Source: Candidatus Omnitrophota bacterium
Lineage (GTDB): Bacteria > Omnitrophota > Gorgyraeia > Zapsychrales > Zapsychraceae
Assembly (NCBI GenBank): GCA_023247445.1
Contig: JAHFGL010000002.1
Location: 64,553-128,552, forward strand
Direction of reading: 5' to 3'
Length of the DNA: 64,000 nucleotides
Under the pieces are notes generated by a model. That model had not been told where the DNA came from, searched no databases, and saw nothing but the letters and a program-made list of their open reading frames with translations. How positions within the stretch are numbered: position 1 is the first letter of the stretch; every line of letters begins with the position of its first letter. This document shows, in pieces, positions 47,274-56,909 of this stretch. A program made the translations under genes and the position numbers.

Positions 47274-49025
47274 ATGGCCTCATTAAAAGACGATTTAAAA
47301 AAAATTCTTTTGCGCGACAATCTTATTTCTCCGGAAGATCTTACGCGCGCTGTTGAGGAGCAAAAAAAAACAGGAGGAGAGTTAAGTAGAATTCTTGTCC
47401 AGCTTAATGTCATCAGTGAAGATGTCTTGACCCAAGTCTTAAGCGAAGGGCTTGGCCTTCCCCCCATTAATATTGCCCGTCTTAAAATTGACCCGAACGT
47501 TGTAAAACTCATCTCCAAAGAATTAGCCATTAAATATAAGATTATTCCGATTTCACTCATGGGTGATCATTTAGCCTTGGCCATGGCGGATCCGCTTAAT
47601 ATTTTTATCATTGATAATATATCGGCATTGACGGGATATATCATTGATCCGATTGTTGGTCGATCTAAAGATATTGAGCAGACTATTCAAAAATATTATG
47701 TCGAGGTCGATACGGGGGCTAAACCATCAGAAGCTTTTGATAGTATTATTAAAGATTTCAAAGATGGTGGTGATTTAGAATTAGTTAAAGATTCCTTGGC
47801 TGATGCCAAGGGCGGTGGGAAGGTTGAGGAATTAACAGATGACGCCCCTATTATTAAATTAGCGGACACAATCATTCAGCAAGCTGTTGCCGCCAAGGCC
47901 AGTGACGTTTTTATCGAACCTTTAGAAAAAGCGATGCGTGTTCGTTATCGCGTGGATGGAGTTATTCGTGAAATTGATCGCATGTCAAAGGTACTTCATG
48001 CCCCACTTATTTCGCGTATTAAAGTTATTTCTAACCTAGATATCTCGGAACATCGTCTTCCTCAAGATGGCCGATTTAAAACGATTATTTCTGAAAATCG
48101 AGAAGTTGATTTTCGTGTTAATGTTTTACCGACGGCATTAGGGGAGAAGGTGGTTCTTCGTGTTTTAGATAAAACAGGATTTGTTTTAGATATTGATAAG
48201 TTAGGATTTGAGCCCAAGGCCTTAGAGCAACTAAAAGAATGTGGCCTAAGACCACATGGTTTGATTTTAACGTGTGGTCCAACCGGCAGCGGGAAAACAA
48301 CAACACTTTATTCTATTCTTAAACATGTTGATTCCCCCACAAAGAATATCGTAACGGTTGAAGATCCCGTGGAATTTCAGATTAAGGGATTGAATCAAGT
48401 TAATATTAAACCTGCGATGGGGCTTACTTTTCCAACGAGCTTACGGTCAATTCTTCGTCAAGATCCAGATATTATCATGATTGGTGAAATCCGCGATGCT
48501 GAGACACTCGACATTGCGATTAAAGCCGCGTTAACAGGGCACTTGGTTTTAAGTTCATTACATACAACAACAGCCGCGGGATCTATTGTGCGTATGATGA
48601 ATATGGGGATTGAACCATTTCTTATTTCTTCCTCGGCCTTAGCTATTGTTGCCCAACGGCTTTTGCGTAGGTTATGTCCTCGCTGCAAAGAAAGTTATGT
48701 TCTGCCGCCTGAGGTAGTTAAGGAAGTTGGACTAACTCGATTAACTTCGTCAAAGAAGGTTGAGCTATTTAAAGCCAAGGGATGTGAGCAATGTTATAAG
48801 TTGGGTTATCGTGGTCGTGTTGGGATTAATGAAATGTTGCTTTTTACCAACAAGATTAAGGAAGCCGTCTTGGCGGAAGAAGGGGAAATAAAGATTAAAG
48901 AAATTGCGCGATTAGAGGGCATGCGCACCATGCGTGAAGATGGACTTGTCAAAGCCTTGGCGGGATTAACAAGTTTGGAAGAAGTTTTAAGAGTTACAGC
49001 CCCGGATGAAAATTTAGAAGATTAA
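47274..49025 (+). CDS. pilB: PilB/GspE assembly ATPase (copy 1)
   Basis: ASDVFIEP, RYRVDG, PQDGR, GPTGSGKTTT, EDPVE, LRQDPD..GEIRD, TGHLV, CPRC...CEQC. Confidence 0.88.
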   Translation: MASLKDDLKKILLRDNLISPEDLTRAVEEQKKTGGELSRILVQLNVISEDVLTQVLSEGLGLPPINIARLKIDPNVVKLISKELAIKYKIIPISLMGDHLALAMADPLNIFIIDNISALTGYIIDPIVGRSKDIEQTIQKYYVEVDTGAKPSEAFDSIIKDFKDGGDLELVKDSLADAKGGGKVEELTDDAPIIKLADTIIQQAVAAKASDVFIEPLEKAMRVRYRVDGVIREIDRMSKVLHAPLISRIKVISNLDISEHRLPQDGRFKTIISENREVDFRVNVLPTALGEKVVLRVLDKTGFVLDIDKLGFEPKALEQLKECGLRPHGLILTCGPTGSGKTTTLYSILKHVDSPTKNIVTVEDPVEFQIKGLNQVNIKPAMGLTFPTSLRSILRQDPDIIMIGEIRDAETLDIAIKAALTGHLVLSSLHTTTAAGSIVRMMNMGIEPFLISSSALAIVAQRLLRRLCPRCKESYVLPPEVVKEVGLTRLTSSKKVELFKAKGCEQCYKLGYRGRVGINEMLLFTNKIKEAVLAEEGEIKIKEIARLEGMRTMREDGLVKALAGLTSLEEVLRVTAPDENLED

Positions 49026-49026
49026 T

Positions 49027-50736
49027 ATGAGCAAGACCTTAAAAGAGCGTATTTTAAAAACCTTGATCGATACTCAGAAATTAAAAAAAGAAGATATCGA
49101 TGAGGCAATGACGTTACAGAAAAAGAAGGGCATTAGTTTCGAAAAGGCTTTGATCGAGAAGGATTTGGTTAAAGAAAAAGATTTGTTGCTACTATTGGTA
49201 CGTGAGCTCAACATCCCTTTTATCAATTTAAATAAATATAGAATTGATCCAAATTTAAAAGAAATTGTTCCTGAGCGCATTGCCCGCCTTTATCACATTA
49301 TTCCCCTTTCTCTTTTGGAGTACACGTTAACGGTTGCTATCTCGGATCCCCTTAATATTTTTGTCATCGATGATCTTAAGAATATTACTGGAAAAGAAAT
49401 TGATGTGGTTATTAGCACGGATTCTGATATTGCCAAGGCCATTGATACGTATTATGGAACACAGGCGGCGGCGACCCTCAAAGAAATCAGTCAAGAGGTA
49501 AAGGCTGGAGAGCTAGAGATTGTTTCTGCTCATGATGTGGATGAAGAAATTGGTGGGGTTGTCGATGAAAGCCAAAAAGCGCCAATTATCCGCATGGTCA
49601 ATTTGATTATCAAGGAAGCGATTCGTCAGCGCGCGTCGGATATTCATATGGAACCGATGATTGATGGCATGCGCGTTCGTTACCGTATTGATGGAATTCT
49701 ACAAGATATTTTAAATGTTCCCAAGGTCAATCAGAACGCCGTTATTGTGCGCATTAAGATTATGGCGCAACTAGATATCACCACCGGCCATATCCCACAA
49801 GACGGCCGGTTTAAATCAAAAATGTCCGACAAGGAAATTGATTTTCGCGTATCGTTATTGCCAACGATCTATGGACAAAAAGTTGTTATGCGGGTATTAG
49901 ATAAAGGAAATCTTGCCGTTGGATTAAATGGGCTCGGTGTTTCACCAAAATCACTAGCTGTTTTAGAAGAGGCGATCAAAAAACCTTTTGGAATGATTTT
50001 GGTAACCGGGCCAACAGGAAGCGGTAAATCAACAACGCTTTATTCCATCGTCAATGAACTTAATACGGTTGATAAAAATATTGTCACCATTGAAGATCCT
50101 GTTGAATATTTGATTGAAGGTTTAACACAAATTCAAGCCCGTCCAGATATTGGATTAACCTTTGCGGAAGGTTTACGGGCGACACTTCGCCAAAGTCCGG
50201 ATGTTGTCATGGTGGGGGAAATTCGTGACAATGAAACGGCTGACATTGCGATTAAGGCATCTCTAACGGGTCAATTGGTTTTTTCGACGCTGCACACCAA
50301 CGATGCCCCTGGGGCTCTGACGCGTTTAGTGGACATGGGCGTTGAGCCTTTTTTAGTGGCGTCTAGTTTGGTTTTAGTTAGTGCGCAGCGTTTGTGCCGA
50401 AAAATATGTTCGGCCTGTAAGGAATCTGTTAAGATCGACCAACATGTTCTTGATCGATTAGAGTATAAGTTTAAATCAGGGACACTTTTTTATCATGGTA
50501 AAGGTTGTGATAACTGTCGACATACGGGCTATCGAGGCCGAACGTGTATTACAGAAGTTTTAGACATTGATGATGAAATTCGTAATATGTTGTTAGCTGG
50601 GAAATCATCACAGATTATCAAGCAATATGCTCAAGAGAAAAAGGGAATGAATACGCTCTGGGAAGATGCCATTGAAAAATGTCTTGCGGGGATTACAACG
50701 TTAGAAGAAGTTTTGCGTGTTACAACGAAAGAATAA
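49027..50736 (+). CDS. pilB: PilB/GspE assembly ATPase (copy 2)
   Basis: ASDIHMEP, PQDGR, GPTGSGKSTT, EDPVE, GEIRD, STLHTND, CSAC...CDNC. Confidence 0.88.
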   Translation: MSKTLKERILKTLIDTQKLKKEDIDEAMTLQKKKGISFEKALIEKDLVKEKDLLLLLVRELNIPFINLNKYRIDPNLKEIVPERIARLYHIIPLSLLEYTLTVAISDPLNIFVIDDLKNITGKEIDVVISTDSDIAKAIDTYYGTQAAATLKEISQEVKAGELEIVSAHDVDEEIGGVVDESQKAPIIRMVNLIIKEAIRQRASDIHMEPMIDGMRVRYRIDGILQDILNVPKVNQNAVIVRIKIMAQLDITTGHIPQDGRFKSKMSDKEIDFRVSLLPTIYGQKVVMRVLDKGNLAVGLNGLGVSPKSLAVLEEAIKKPFGMILVTGPTGSGKSTTLYSIVNELNTVDKNIVTIEDPVEYLIEGLTQIQARPDIGLTFAEGLRATLRQSPDVVMVGEIRDNETADIAIKASLTGQLVFSTLHTNDAPGALTRLVDMGVEPFLVASSLVLVSAQRLCRKICSACKESVKIDQHVLDRLEYKFKSGTLFYHGKGCDNCRHTGYRGRTCITEVLDIDDEIRNMLLAGKSSQIIKQYAQEKKGMNTLWEDAIEKCLAGITTLEEVLRVTTKE

Positions 50737-50805
50737 TTTTTTCGTTATTTTCAATAGTTTAATTAATGTTAAAATAAAAACACCTTAATAAACCAAGGAG
50801 TTGGC

Positions 50806-51267
50806 GTGGCTATAATGGATGATGACGAAGAATCAAAAAAACAATTGTTAGGTGAGATATTGGTTAAACGCAATATCATAACCCCCAAGCAACTCGATAC
50901 CGCTTTAGAAGTTCAAAAAAAAGAAGAAGGGTATATTGGAGAGATTTTGGTCAGACTTGGATTTCTGGAAGAGCGGGATATTGTTGTTGCCTTGGTCGTT
51001 CAATGTAATCTTCCCTATATTGCGATCGATAAATATGAGATAGATCGCAGCATCCTTCAATTAATTCCACGAGAAATTGCTTTGAAGTATCATGTTATCC
51101 CTCTGGATCGTGTAGGGGATGTTCTTAGTGTGGTCATGGCTGACCCTTTAAATATTGCAACAAAAGCGGAGTTGCAGCGGATAACCAGCTGCCGTATTGC
51201 TCCTTTTATTGCAACGAAAATAGAAATCGAAAATTCCATTGAACGATGGTTTGGTAAGGAGAAATAG
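50806..51267 (+). CDS. Second stand-alone MshEN/T2SSE_N domain protein
   Basis: LLGEILVKRNIITPKQLDTALEVQ...IGEILVRLG; VVMADPLN; SD aaggag before GTG. Confidence 0.85.
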   Translation: MAIMDDDEESKKQLLGEILVKRNIITPKQLDTALEVQKKEEGYIGEILVRLGFLEERDIVVALVVQCNLPYIAIDKYEIDRSILQLIPREIALKYHVIPLDRVGDVLSVVMADPLNIATKAELQRITSCRIAPFIATKIEIENSIERWFGKEK

Positions 51268-51268
51268 G

Positions 51269-52477
51269 ATGCCAACGTTTAAATACACAGCGAAAACAGA
51301 ACAGTCACAGACGGTCGCCGGTAAAATTGTTGCGGAAAATAACAAGGTGGTCATTGAAGAACTGCGTAAACGTAAATTAACGATTATTACTTTATCTGAA
51401 GTTAAAGAATCGTCGCCGTCAAAATTTAAATCCAAAGGAAGCAAAGTCAAAGGGGAAGAAATTGTTATCTTTGCCCGACAGTTAGCAACGATGGTTGATG
51501 CTGGGATTCCAATTTTGCAGGCGATTAATGCGCTCAAAGATCAAGTAACTCATGTGGGATTTCAAAAGATTTTGGGGAACGTGGAAAGTGATATTCAGCA
51601 CGGAAGTAGTTTGTCCGCGGCCTTTGCCAAACATCCCATAACGTTTGATACACTTTTTGTCAGCATGGTTCGCGTCGGAGAAACAGGAGGAGTTTTAAGT
51701 GCGATTCTTGATCGTGTGGCTACCTATATGGAAAAAACTTTAAAATTAAAACGTAAGGTTAAATCAGCCTTAGTTTATCCAGCGGTGGTTGTGAGTATGG
51801 CGATTATTATCACAACTGTTTTACTTGTAAAGGTTGTTCCTACCTTTGCCGGGATCTATTCATCATTTGGTTCAAAATTACCCGCGATGACCCAGATGCT
51901 ATTGACTATTAGCAACATTTTAAAAAAGGATTTGATTTTTGTGATTATCGCTATTGGCGCCATTGTTTTTGCTTTGAAGAAATGGCATGGCACTGATAAG
52001 GGGGCACTAGCCATCGACGGGTTTCTTTTAAAAATGCCGATTTTTGGAGAGCTTCTACGAAAGTTTTCGATTAGTCGATTTACACGAACTTTGGCGACTT
52101 TGGTGCAAAGTGGTGTTCCTATTTTGGAATCTTTAGATATCGTCGGAAAGACTATTGGTAATCGTGTTTTAGAGTTGGTTGTTCAGGATGTTAAAAATAG
52201 TGTTCGTGAAGGACAGAGCATTGCCGCGCCTTTAAATAAAAGTGGCGTTTTTCCTCCCATGGTTACACGGATGATTGCTATTGGGGAGAAGTCTGGTCAA
52301 TTAGAAAAAATGCTTCTTAAAATTTCTGAATTTTATGATGATCAAGTTGATGCCTCGGTTGATGCTTTAACCAGCATCATTGAGCCGTTGATTATTGGTA
52401 TTTTGGGAATTATTATTGGTTTTATTGTCATCGCATTATTTTTACCAATTATCAGCATCACACAGTTGGTTAAGTAA
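51269..52477 (+). CDS. pilC: PilC/GspF platform protein
   Basis: MPTFKYTA, FARQLATMVDAGIP, GETGG.L, KSALVYP, GEKSGQLE..L, IIEP; ATG 51269. Confidence 0.93.
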   Translation: MPTFKYTAKTEQSQTVAGKIVAENNKVVIEELRKRKLTIITLSEVKESSPSKFKSKGSKVKGEEIVIFARQLATMVDAGIPILQAINALKDQVTHVGFQKILGNVESDIQHGSSLSAAFAKHPITFDTLFVSMVRVGETGGVLSAILDRVATYMEKTLKLKRKVKSALVYPAVVVSMAIIITTVLLVKVVPTFAGIYSSFGSKLPAMTQMLLTISNILKKDLIFVIIAIGAIVFALKKWHGTDKGALAIDGFLLKMPIFGELLRKFSISRFTRTLATLVQSGVPILESLDIVGKTIGNRVLELVVQDVKNSVREGQSIAAPLNKSGVFPPMVTRMIAIGEKSGQLEKMLLKISEFYDDQVDASVDALTSIIEPLIIGILGIIIGFIVIALFLPIISITQLVK

Positions 52478-53495
52478 TTTATTCGGGAGAAAAGATATTT
52501 TTAACACACTTTTTTATATTACTTTGATAAGTTTGTGGCTGTGTAGTGGATCGTCTTTGGCCTGGGCACAGCAAAAAAGAGATATCCCCGTTAATCAAAT
52601 CTTAGAATCCAGCCTTACGAGCCTCAAAGATAGTGCTCAGAAAGTCCAAGAGCGTAATCAGTGGCTGTCTCTTGAAACCCAAAGACTTCAAAATGAAATC
52701 AAAGAATACAAGAAAGATTTAGAAAAGCTAGAAGAAGGCCGATCAAAGTTAACCGCAGGCGTCGCCCAGCAAGATCAGCTTTTAAATCATGTGAGTAAAG
52801 AAGCCACACTTGTTGAAAAAGGCGTTAAGCGACTCAATAAGGATATCAATCAATTAACGGCTGAAGAGAAGGATATCGAAGCAAAGATCGAAGCTAACCG
52901 TCAAGGATATCAAGAAATCAAGAATCAAATTGAATCGCGTCAGAAAGAGATTTCTCAACTAAAAGAACGAGGAGTTACTTTATCGAACATGCTATCTGGT
53001 AAAGACTCTAATATAGAGAAAGAGAAATTATTAAAATCTATTGAAGCGAGCAAAAAAAATGTTGGTTTTGCACAAAAGAAGTTAAAGCAATTAGCGGGTG
53101 AGCGTGACAGACCGCTAACAATGATTTCTGATTTAGAGAAGAAGCAGAAGCTATTAAAGGAACAATTGAGTGGGTTAGAGCAAGAGTATGGTTTTATATT
53201 AGAAGAGGAAAAAAATGTTATTAATAATATAGAAAATGTGAAGAAAGAAAAAGAAACCCAATTGCCGCAGTTAACAGAAGAGGTTAATCAGCTCAAGGTC
53301 AAAAGTAATGAATTGGAAGATGTTCTTAGCAAAGCTAAGGCAAAACTCAAGGAAAGTGAATTAAATTTAGCAAATGGGGAGCTGGAAGAGTCTCAGTTGC
53401 GACAAAATTTGACGGTTATTAAGAAGGAAACTATCGGATTAAAGGATGAATTGTTGTCTTTGGGCAAAACTCTAGAACAGATAGAGAATAATTAG
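52395..53495 (+). CDS. Exported long coiled-coil protein (true start uncertain, likely near 52480-52525)
   Basis: Signal-like ...LWLCSGSSLAWA followed by about 300 aa of heptad repeats; the ORF-track start overlaps pilC. Confidence 0.7.
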   Translation: MVFWELLLVLLSSHYFYQLSASHSWLSNLFGRKDIFNTLFYITLISLWLCSGSSLAWAQQKRDIPVNQILESSLTSLKDSAQKVQERNQWLSLETQRLQNEIKEYKKDLEKLEEGRSKLTAGVAQQDQLLNHVSKEATLVEKGVKRLNKDINQLTAEEKDIEAKIEANRQGYQEIKNQIESRQKEISQLKERGVTLSNMLSGKDSNIEKEKLLKSIEASKKNVGFAQKKLKQLAGERDRPLTMISDLEKKQKLLKEQLSGLEQEYGFILEEEKNVINNIENVKKEKETQLPQLTEEVNQLKVKSNELEDVLSKAKAKLKESELNLANGELEESQLRQNLTVIKKETIGLKDELLSLGKTLEQIENN

Positions 53496-53509
53496 GGGAT
53501 AGGGGCAGT

Positions 53510-53538
53510 TTGACACCCCTCTGCCAGCATGTTATACT
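53510..53538 (+). promoter_or_regulatory. Sigma70 promoter for the riboswitch-pilin transcript
   Basis: TTGACA (53510-53515), 17-nt spacer, TGn-TATACT (53533-53538). Confidence 0.8.
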
Positions 53539-53542
53539 TTCG

Positions 53543-53633
53543 ACGCAGATATGAAAGGGTAAACCTTCCGTAAGGATGGGACACAAAACTATAGGGCCCT
53601 ACAATAGAGGGCAGCCAGTTGCCAAGATGAGCG
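53543..53633 (+). ncRNA. c-di-GMP-I (GEMM-I) riboswitch
   Basis: GGGTAAACC-ttcc-GTAA-ggat-GGGACACAAAAC...GGGCCCTAC...GGCAGCCAGTTGCC matches the class-I consensus, with a GNRA loop and U-A covariation of the usual C-G pair. Confidence 0.88.
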
Positions 53634-53642
53634 ATTTTTGTG

Positions 53643-53674
53643 AACCTATTCCCAAAGAAGGAATAGGTTTTTTT
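53643..53674 (+). terminator. Riboswitch expression-platform terminator
   Basis: aacctattcc-caaagaa-ggaataggtt followed by a T-run. Confidence 0.8.
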
Positions 53675-54012
53675 ATCAGTGTAGGAAAGTATATAGGAAT
53701 TTAGAAACTGCTAGAAAATTCCTTTCCTACACAGCAAAGAAGATATGACGAACGAAGTGAGGAATTTTCTTGTGAAAAGTCTTTGATAACTTGTTATCTG
53801 TGCTATAATTACGACAACTTCGAAGAAAGTATAAATGAGAATAAGGGAGGTGGAATCGAAGTCGTAGAGTAATAACAATGCAACAAACTGGGCAATTAGT
53901 TAGAAAATAAATCCGATAAGGGAAAACGGTCTTATACCTTAAATAAAATACAGTAATAAGAACCTTTTCGGGAAATGACTAAAAGCTCAAAAATCGAAAA
54001 GGAGAGATTAAA

Positions 54013-54411
54013 ATGAAACGAACAAATCAAAGTGGTTTTACGTTAGTAGAAATTATGATCGTTGTTGCGATCATTGCGCTATTAGCGGCGATTGCAATTC
54101 CAAACTTACTTCGCGCTAAGATTTCAGCCAATGATGCCAACGCGCAGGCAACTTTGCGAAGTATGTCTACTGCTTCCGAAACTTTTGGAACAGCAAACAA
54201 TGGGAGTTATCCAGCAGCGGTCACCTCAATGGTTACAGGGTCTACACCACCCTATCTTAATAGTAACTATTGCGGGGTAACGATGGATGGGTATGCGTTT
54301 TCATGTACTAATACGACAGGTGCATATACTTATATCGCAACACCGACTACGGTAGGAACAACAGGGACGACAACCTACACAATGACAACAGGCGGAATTT
54401 TAACTCCGTAA
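54013..54411 (+). CDS. pilA: Type IV major pilin
   Basis: Class III signal QSG/FTLVEIMIVVAIIALLAAIAIPN; C-terminal Cys pair; SD aaggag; own terminator. Confidence 0.88.
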   Translation: MKRTNQSGFTLVEIMIVVAIIALLAAIAIPNLLRAKISANDANAQATLRSMSTASETFGTANNGSYPAAVTSMVTGSTPPYLNSNYCGVTMDGYAFSCTNTTGAYTYIATPTTVGTTGTTTYTMTTGGILTP

Positions 54412-54436
54412 TTGTTTTTGTGTGGTTTGAATTATT

Positions 54437-54473
54437 ATAAAAAGGAGAGCTTGAATCAAGCTCTCCTTTTTAT
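54437..54473 (+). terminator. Strong, probably bidirectional terminator after the pilin gene
   Basis: ataaaaaggagagcttg-aat-caagctctcctttttat. Confidence 0.88.
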
Positions 54474-54674
54474 TTATGCGCAAGTCTATAAATAATTAAA
54501 ATAGATATTACCTTCCAAACAACTTAATGTTATGATCGAGTTGAAAAAAATAAAATTTCCTTTGAAACACATTAGTGCTTGGCCTTCGCTCAGCACTAAT
54601 GGTGAGCGAATAAATAAATTAAAAAAACAGTCGAACCATTAGCATTTGTTAGCAACTTTGTTATAATACAACCA

Positions 54675-55730
54675 ATGCATCCGCTATTATCGAATTACTT
54701 CAATTTTATCCATAAATTTACTTCTCCTATCAAAGAAAGCTCTTCTGTCGGGTTAGACATTGGGACCAGTGAATGTAAACTTATCGAGATTTCTAAATCC
54801 AATGATTCCTTCGAACTATTATCTTGGGCCGTCGATCCTGTTTTAGACGGCAATGTGGCCGCAACGCTGCAAAAAATGCTGAGTCGTTTAAAGATTCCTT
54901 GCAAGGCTCCCTATACATCTATTTTTGGAAAAGGAACACTCATTCGTTATATTGATATGCCGCGAATGTCAAAAGACGAGCTAAAAAATTCTTTTGGTAT
55001 TGAATCGGATAAATATTTTCCATTTCCTCAAGATAAAATCTACACAGATTGTTATATTTTAGATGCCCAAGCCGCTGGTCAACAAATGTCCGTTATGGCC
55101 GCTGCCGTCAAAAGAGAAATTGTTGATCAACGGATCAAGTTGTTAAGTGATTTAGGAGCGCAAGCAGATTTTATTGGCCTCGACTCTATCGCTTTAGCGA
55201 ATGTAATTAATGTTTTAGGCTGTAAAGAAGAAGCGGATAAGAATACAGGGATGGCGCTATTAGATATGGGAGATACTGTTTCCAATCTTACTATTTTTGT
55301 TGATCGCCTACCGAGGTTTTCTCGTGATATTTATATTGGAGGACGTGATTTTACAAAAAGTATCAGCAATGCCTTGGGTGTAGGATTTGCAGATGCCGAA
55401 AAGCTTAAAATAAATCCAGGCGAAAGATTAAAAGATGTTGCGATCGCTTATGAGTCAGTTATTGGTAATATTGTTCAAGAATTAAAATTATCCTTTGATT
55501 ATTTTGTTACAGAAAGAAACAAAGAAATCCAAACACTTTTGTTAACGGGAGGATGTTCTTTGCTGACAGGAGTCTCGGATACGTTAAAGAGCAACTTAGA
55601 AATTAAGGTTCAGGCTTGGGATCCCTTCTCAAATATTAAAATTAATCCTGAATTATCAGGGGTAGAAATTCATAAAAACGCTGCGAAATTAAGCGTGGCC
55701 TTAGGTTTGGCCCTTTACGATTATGATTGA
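54675..55730 (+). CDS. pilM: Type IV pilus assembly protein PilM
   Basis: VGLDIGTS, ALLDMGD, IGGRDFT, AEKLK, LTGGCS, ALGLAL. Confidence 0.92.
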   Translation: MHPLLSNYFNFIHKFTSPIKESSSVGLDIGTSECKLIEISKSNDSFELLSWAVDPVLDGNVAATLQKMLSRLKIPCKAPYTSIFGKGTLIRYIDMPRMSKDELKNSFGIESDKYFPFPQDKIYTDCYILDAQAAGQQMSVMAAAVKREIVDQRIKLLSDLGAQADFIGLDSIALANVINVLGCKEEADKNTGMALLDMGDTVSNLTIFVDRLPRFSRDIYIGGRDFTKSISNALGVGFADAEKLKINPGERLKDVAIAYESVIGNIVQELKLSFDYFVTERNKEIQTLLLTGGCSLLTGVSDTLKSNLEIKVQAWDPFSNIKINPELSGVEIHKNAAKLSVALGLALYDYD

Positions 55731-56307
55731 TATTAATTTAATTCCACCTAATTTGAGAAAGAAACGAAAAGGTCAGTTTGCCATCGGGCAATCAACCTTG
55801 CCTCTTGAGGTTATTATTGGGATTGGAGGAGGGTTTTTAGCCTTTCTATTTTTGCTTCATGTGACGTTGTTTTTGGTCGATATGTCAAAGAAAGCTTACA
55901 AAATGAGTTTGCAAAAACAGTGGGATAATATGTCGCCGGCGAAACAAAAATTCGATGCCATGGTTAATGATATGCACAGCTTGCAGAGTAAACAAAAGAC
56001 CATTGAAGATTTGGTTGGCAGTAGCCGTATTTTGTGGTCGCAAAAGTTAAATATATTAAGTGATCTTTTGCCTCGAGGCGTTTGGTTACGGAAAATGGAA
56101 TTACAAGACAGTCTTTTGCTGGTCGAAGGCAGTGCTATTTCACGAAAGAATGAAGAGATGACGAATGTTCATAGTTTTGCCTCGAGCCTTAAGGCTAATA
56201 AAGATTTTATGGATCATTTTAGTGATTTAGAATTGGGAGCCATTCAAACACGAACCATCGGTAAGGTCGAAATCGCCGATTTTATTTTTAAAACAAAATC
56301 AAAATGA
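55723..56307 (+). CDS. pilN: PilN
   Basis: N-terminal INLIP motif, TM, coiled coil, P.GVWL. Confidence 0.85.
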   Translation: MIDINLIPPNLRKKRKGQFAIGQSTLPLEVIIGIGGGFLAFLFLLHVTLFLVDMSKKAYKMSLQKQWDNMSPAKQKFDAMVNDMHSLQSKQKTIEDLVGSSRILWSQKLNILSDLLPRGVWLRKMELQDSLLLVEGSAISRKNEEMTNVHSFASSLKANKDFMDHFSDLELGAIQTRTIGKVEIADFIFKTKSK

Positions 56308-56894
56308 GCTTTAAAATTCCTGACAATCTTTCTGCTGTTCTTGATAAGATCAACAAGGGGAATCAATATTATGTCCTCGGTGGTCTAATCCTGTTTGTTT
56401 TTCTTTTCGATTATTTTTTACTCATGCGTCCTCAGCTGAGCTCTTCGGCGAAAGCAAGTCAAGAAATTAAAAAATTGGCTGGTGATTTCAAAAAAGCCAA
56501 AGAAGATCTCGCTAAGAGTGGTGGCTATCAAAAAGAAGTCGATCGGCTTAAAGAAAAATTTGAGAGTATGAGCCGTAAAGTTAAATCTAAAGAAGAAGTT
56601 TCGTTAATTTTGGAGCGTGTTTCGCGGTTGGCTTATAAAAATGGTATAAAAATTGATCAGATGGTGCCTAACAGTCAGGAAATAGAGGTCTTAGTTAAGA
56701 ATAATGACCGGTCTTATTCTGCGCTTCCGATCCTAGTAGAGGCTAAAACGGGATATCATAATTTAGGAAAATTTATTAATGATATTGAACGGGATGATAT
56801 GTTTTTAACTGTTGACAGTTTTACAATTTCAACGATAATGGAGTCGCGTCAATTAGAGGTTCAGTTAACTTTGAAAGCCATTGTCTTTGAATAA
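56304..56894 (+). CDS. pilO: PilO
   Basis: TM, coiled coil, LPI.V...GYHNLGKFI; synteny. Confidence 0.85.
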   Translation: MSFKIPDNLSAVLDKINKGNQYYVLGGLILFVFLFDYFLLMRPQLSSSAKASQEIKKLAGDFKKAKEDLAKSGGYQKEVDRLKEKFESMSRKVKSKEEVSLILERVSRLAYKNGIKIDQMVPNSQEIEVLVKNNDRSYSALPILVEAKTGYHNLGKFINDIERDDMFLTVDSFTISTIMESRQLEVQLTLKAIVFE

Positions 56895-56909
56895 CTTTCG
56901 TCTCTGCTA

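Noticed and set aside
53543-53633. 3',3'-cGAMP (GEMM-Ib) riboswitch assignment
   Set aside because: The specificity position equivalent to Vc2 nt 20 reads G, which favours c-di-GMP; only a binding assay is decisive
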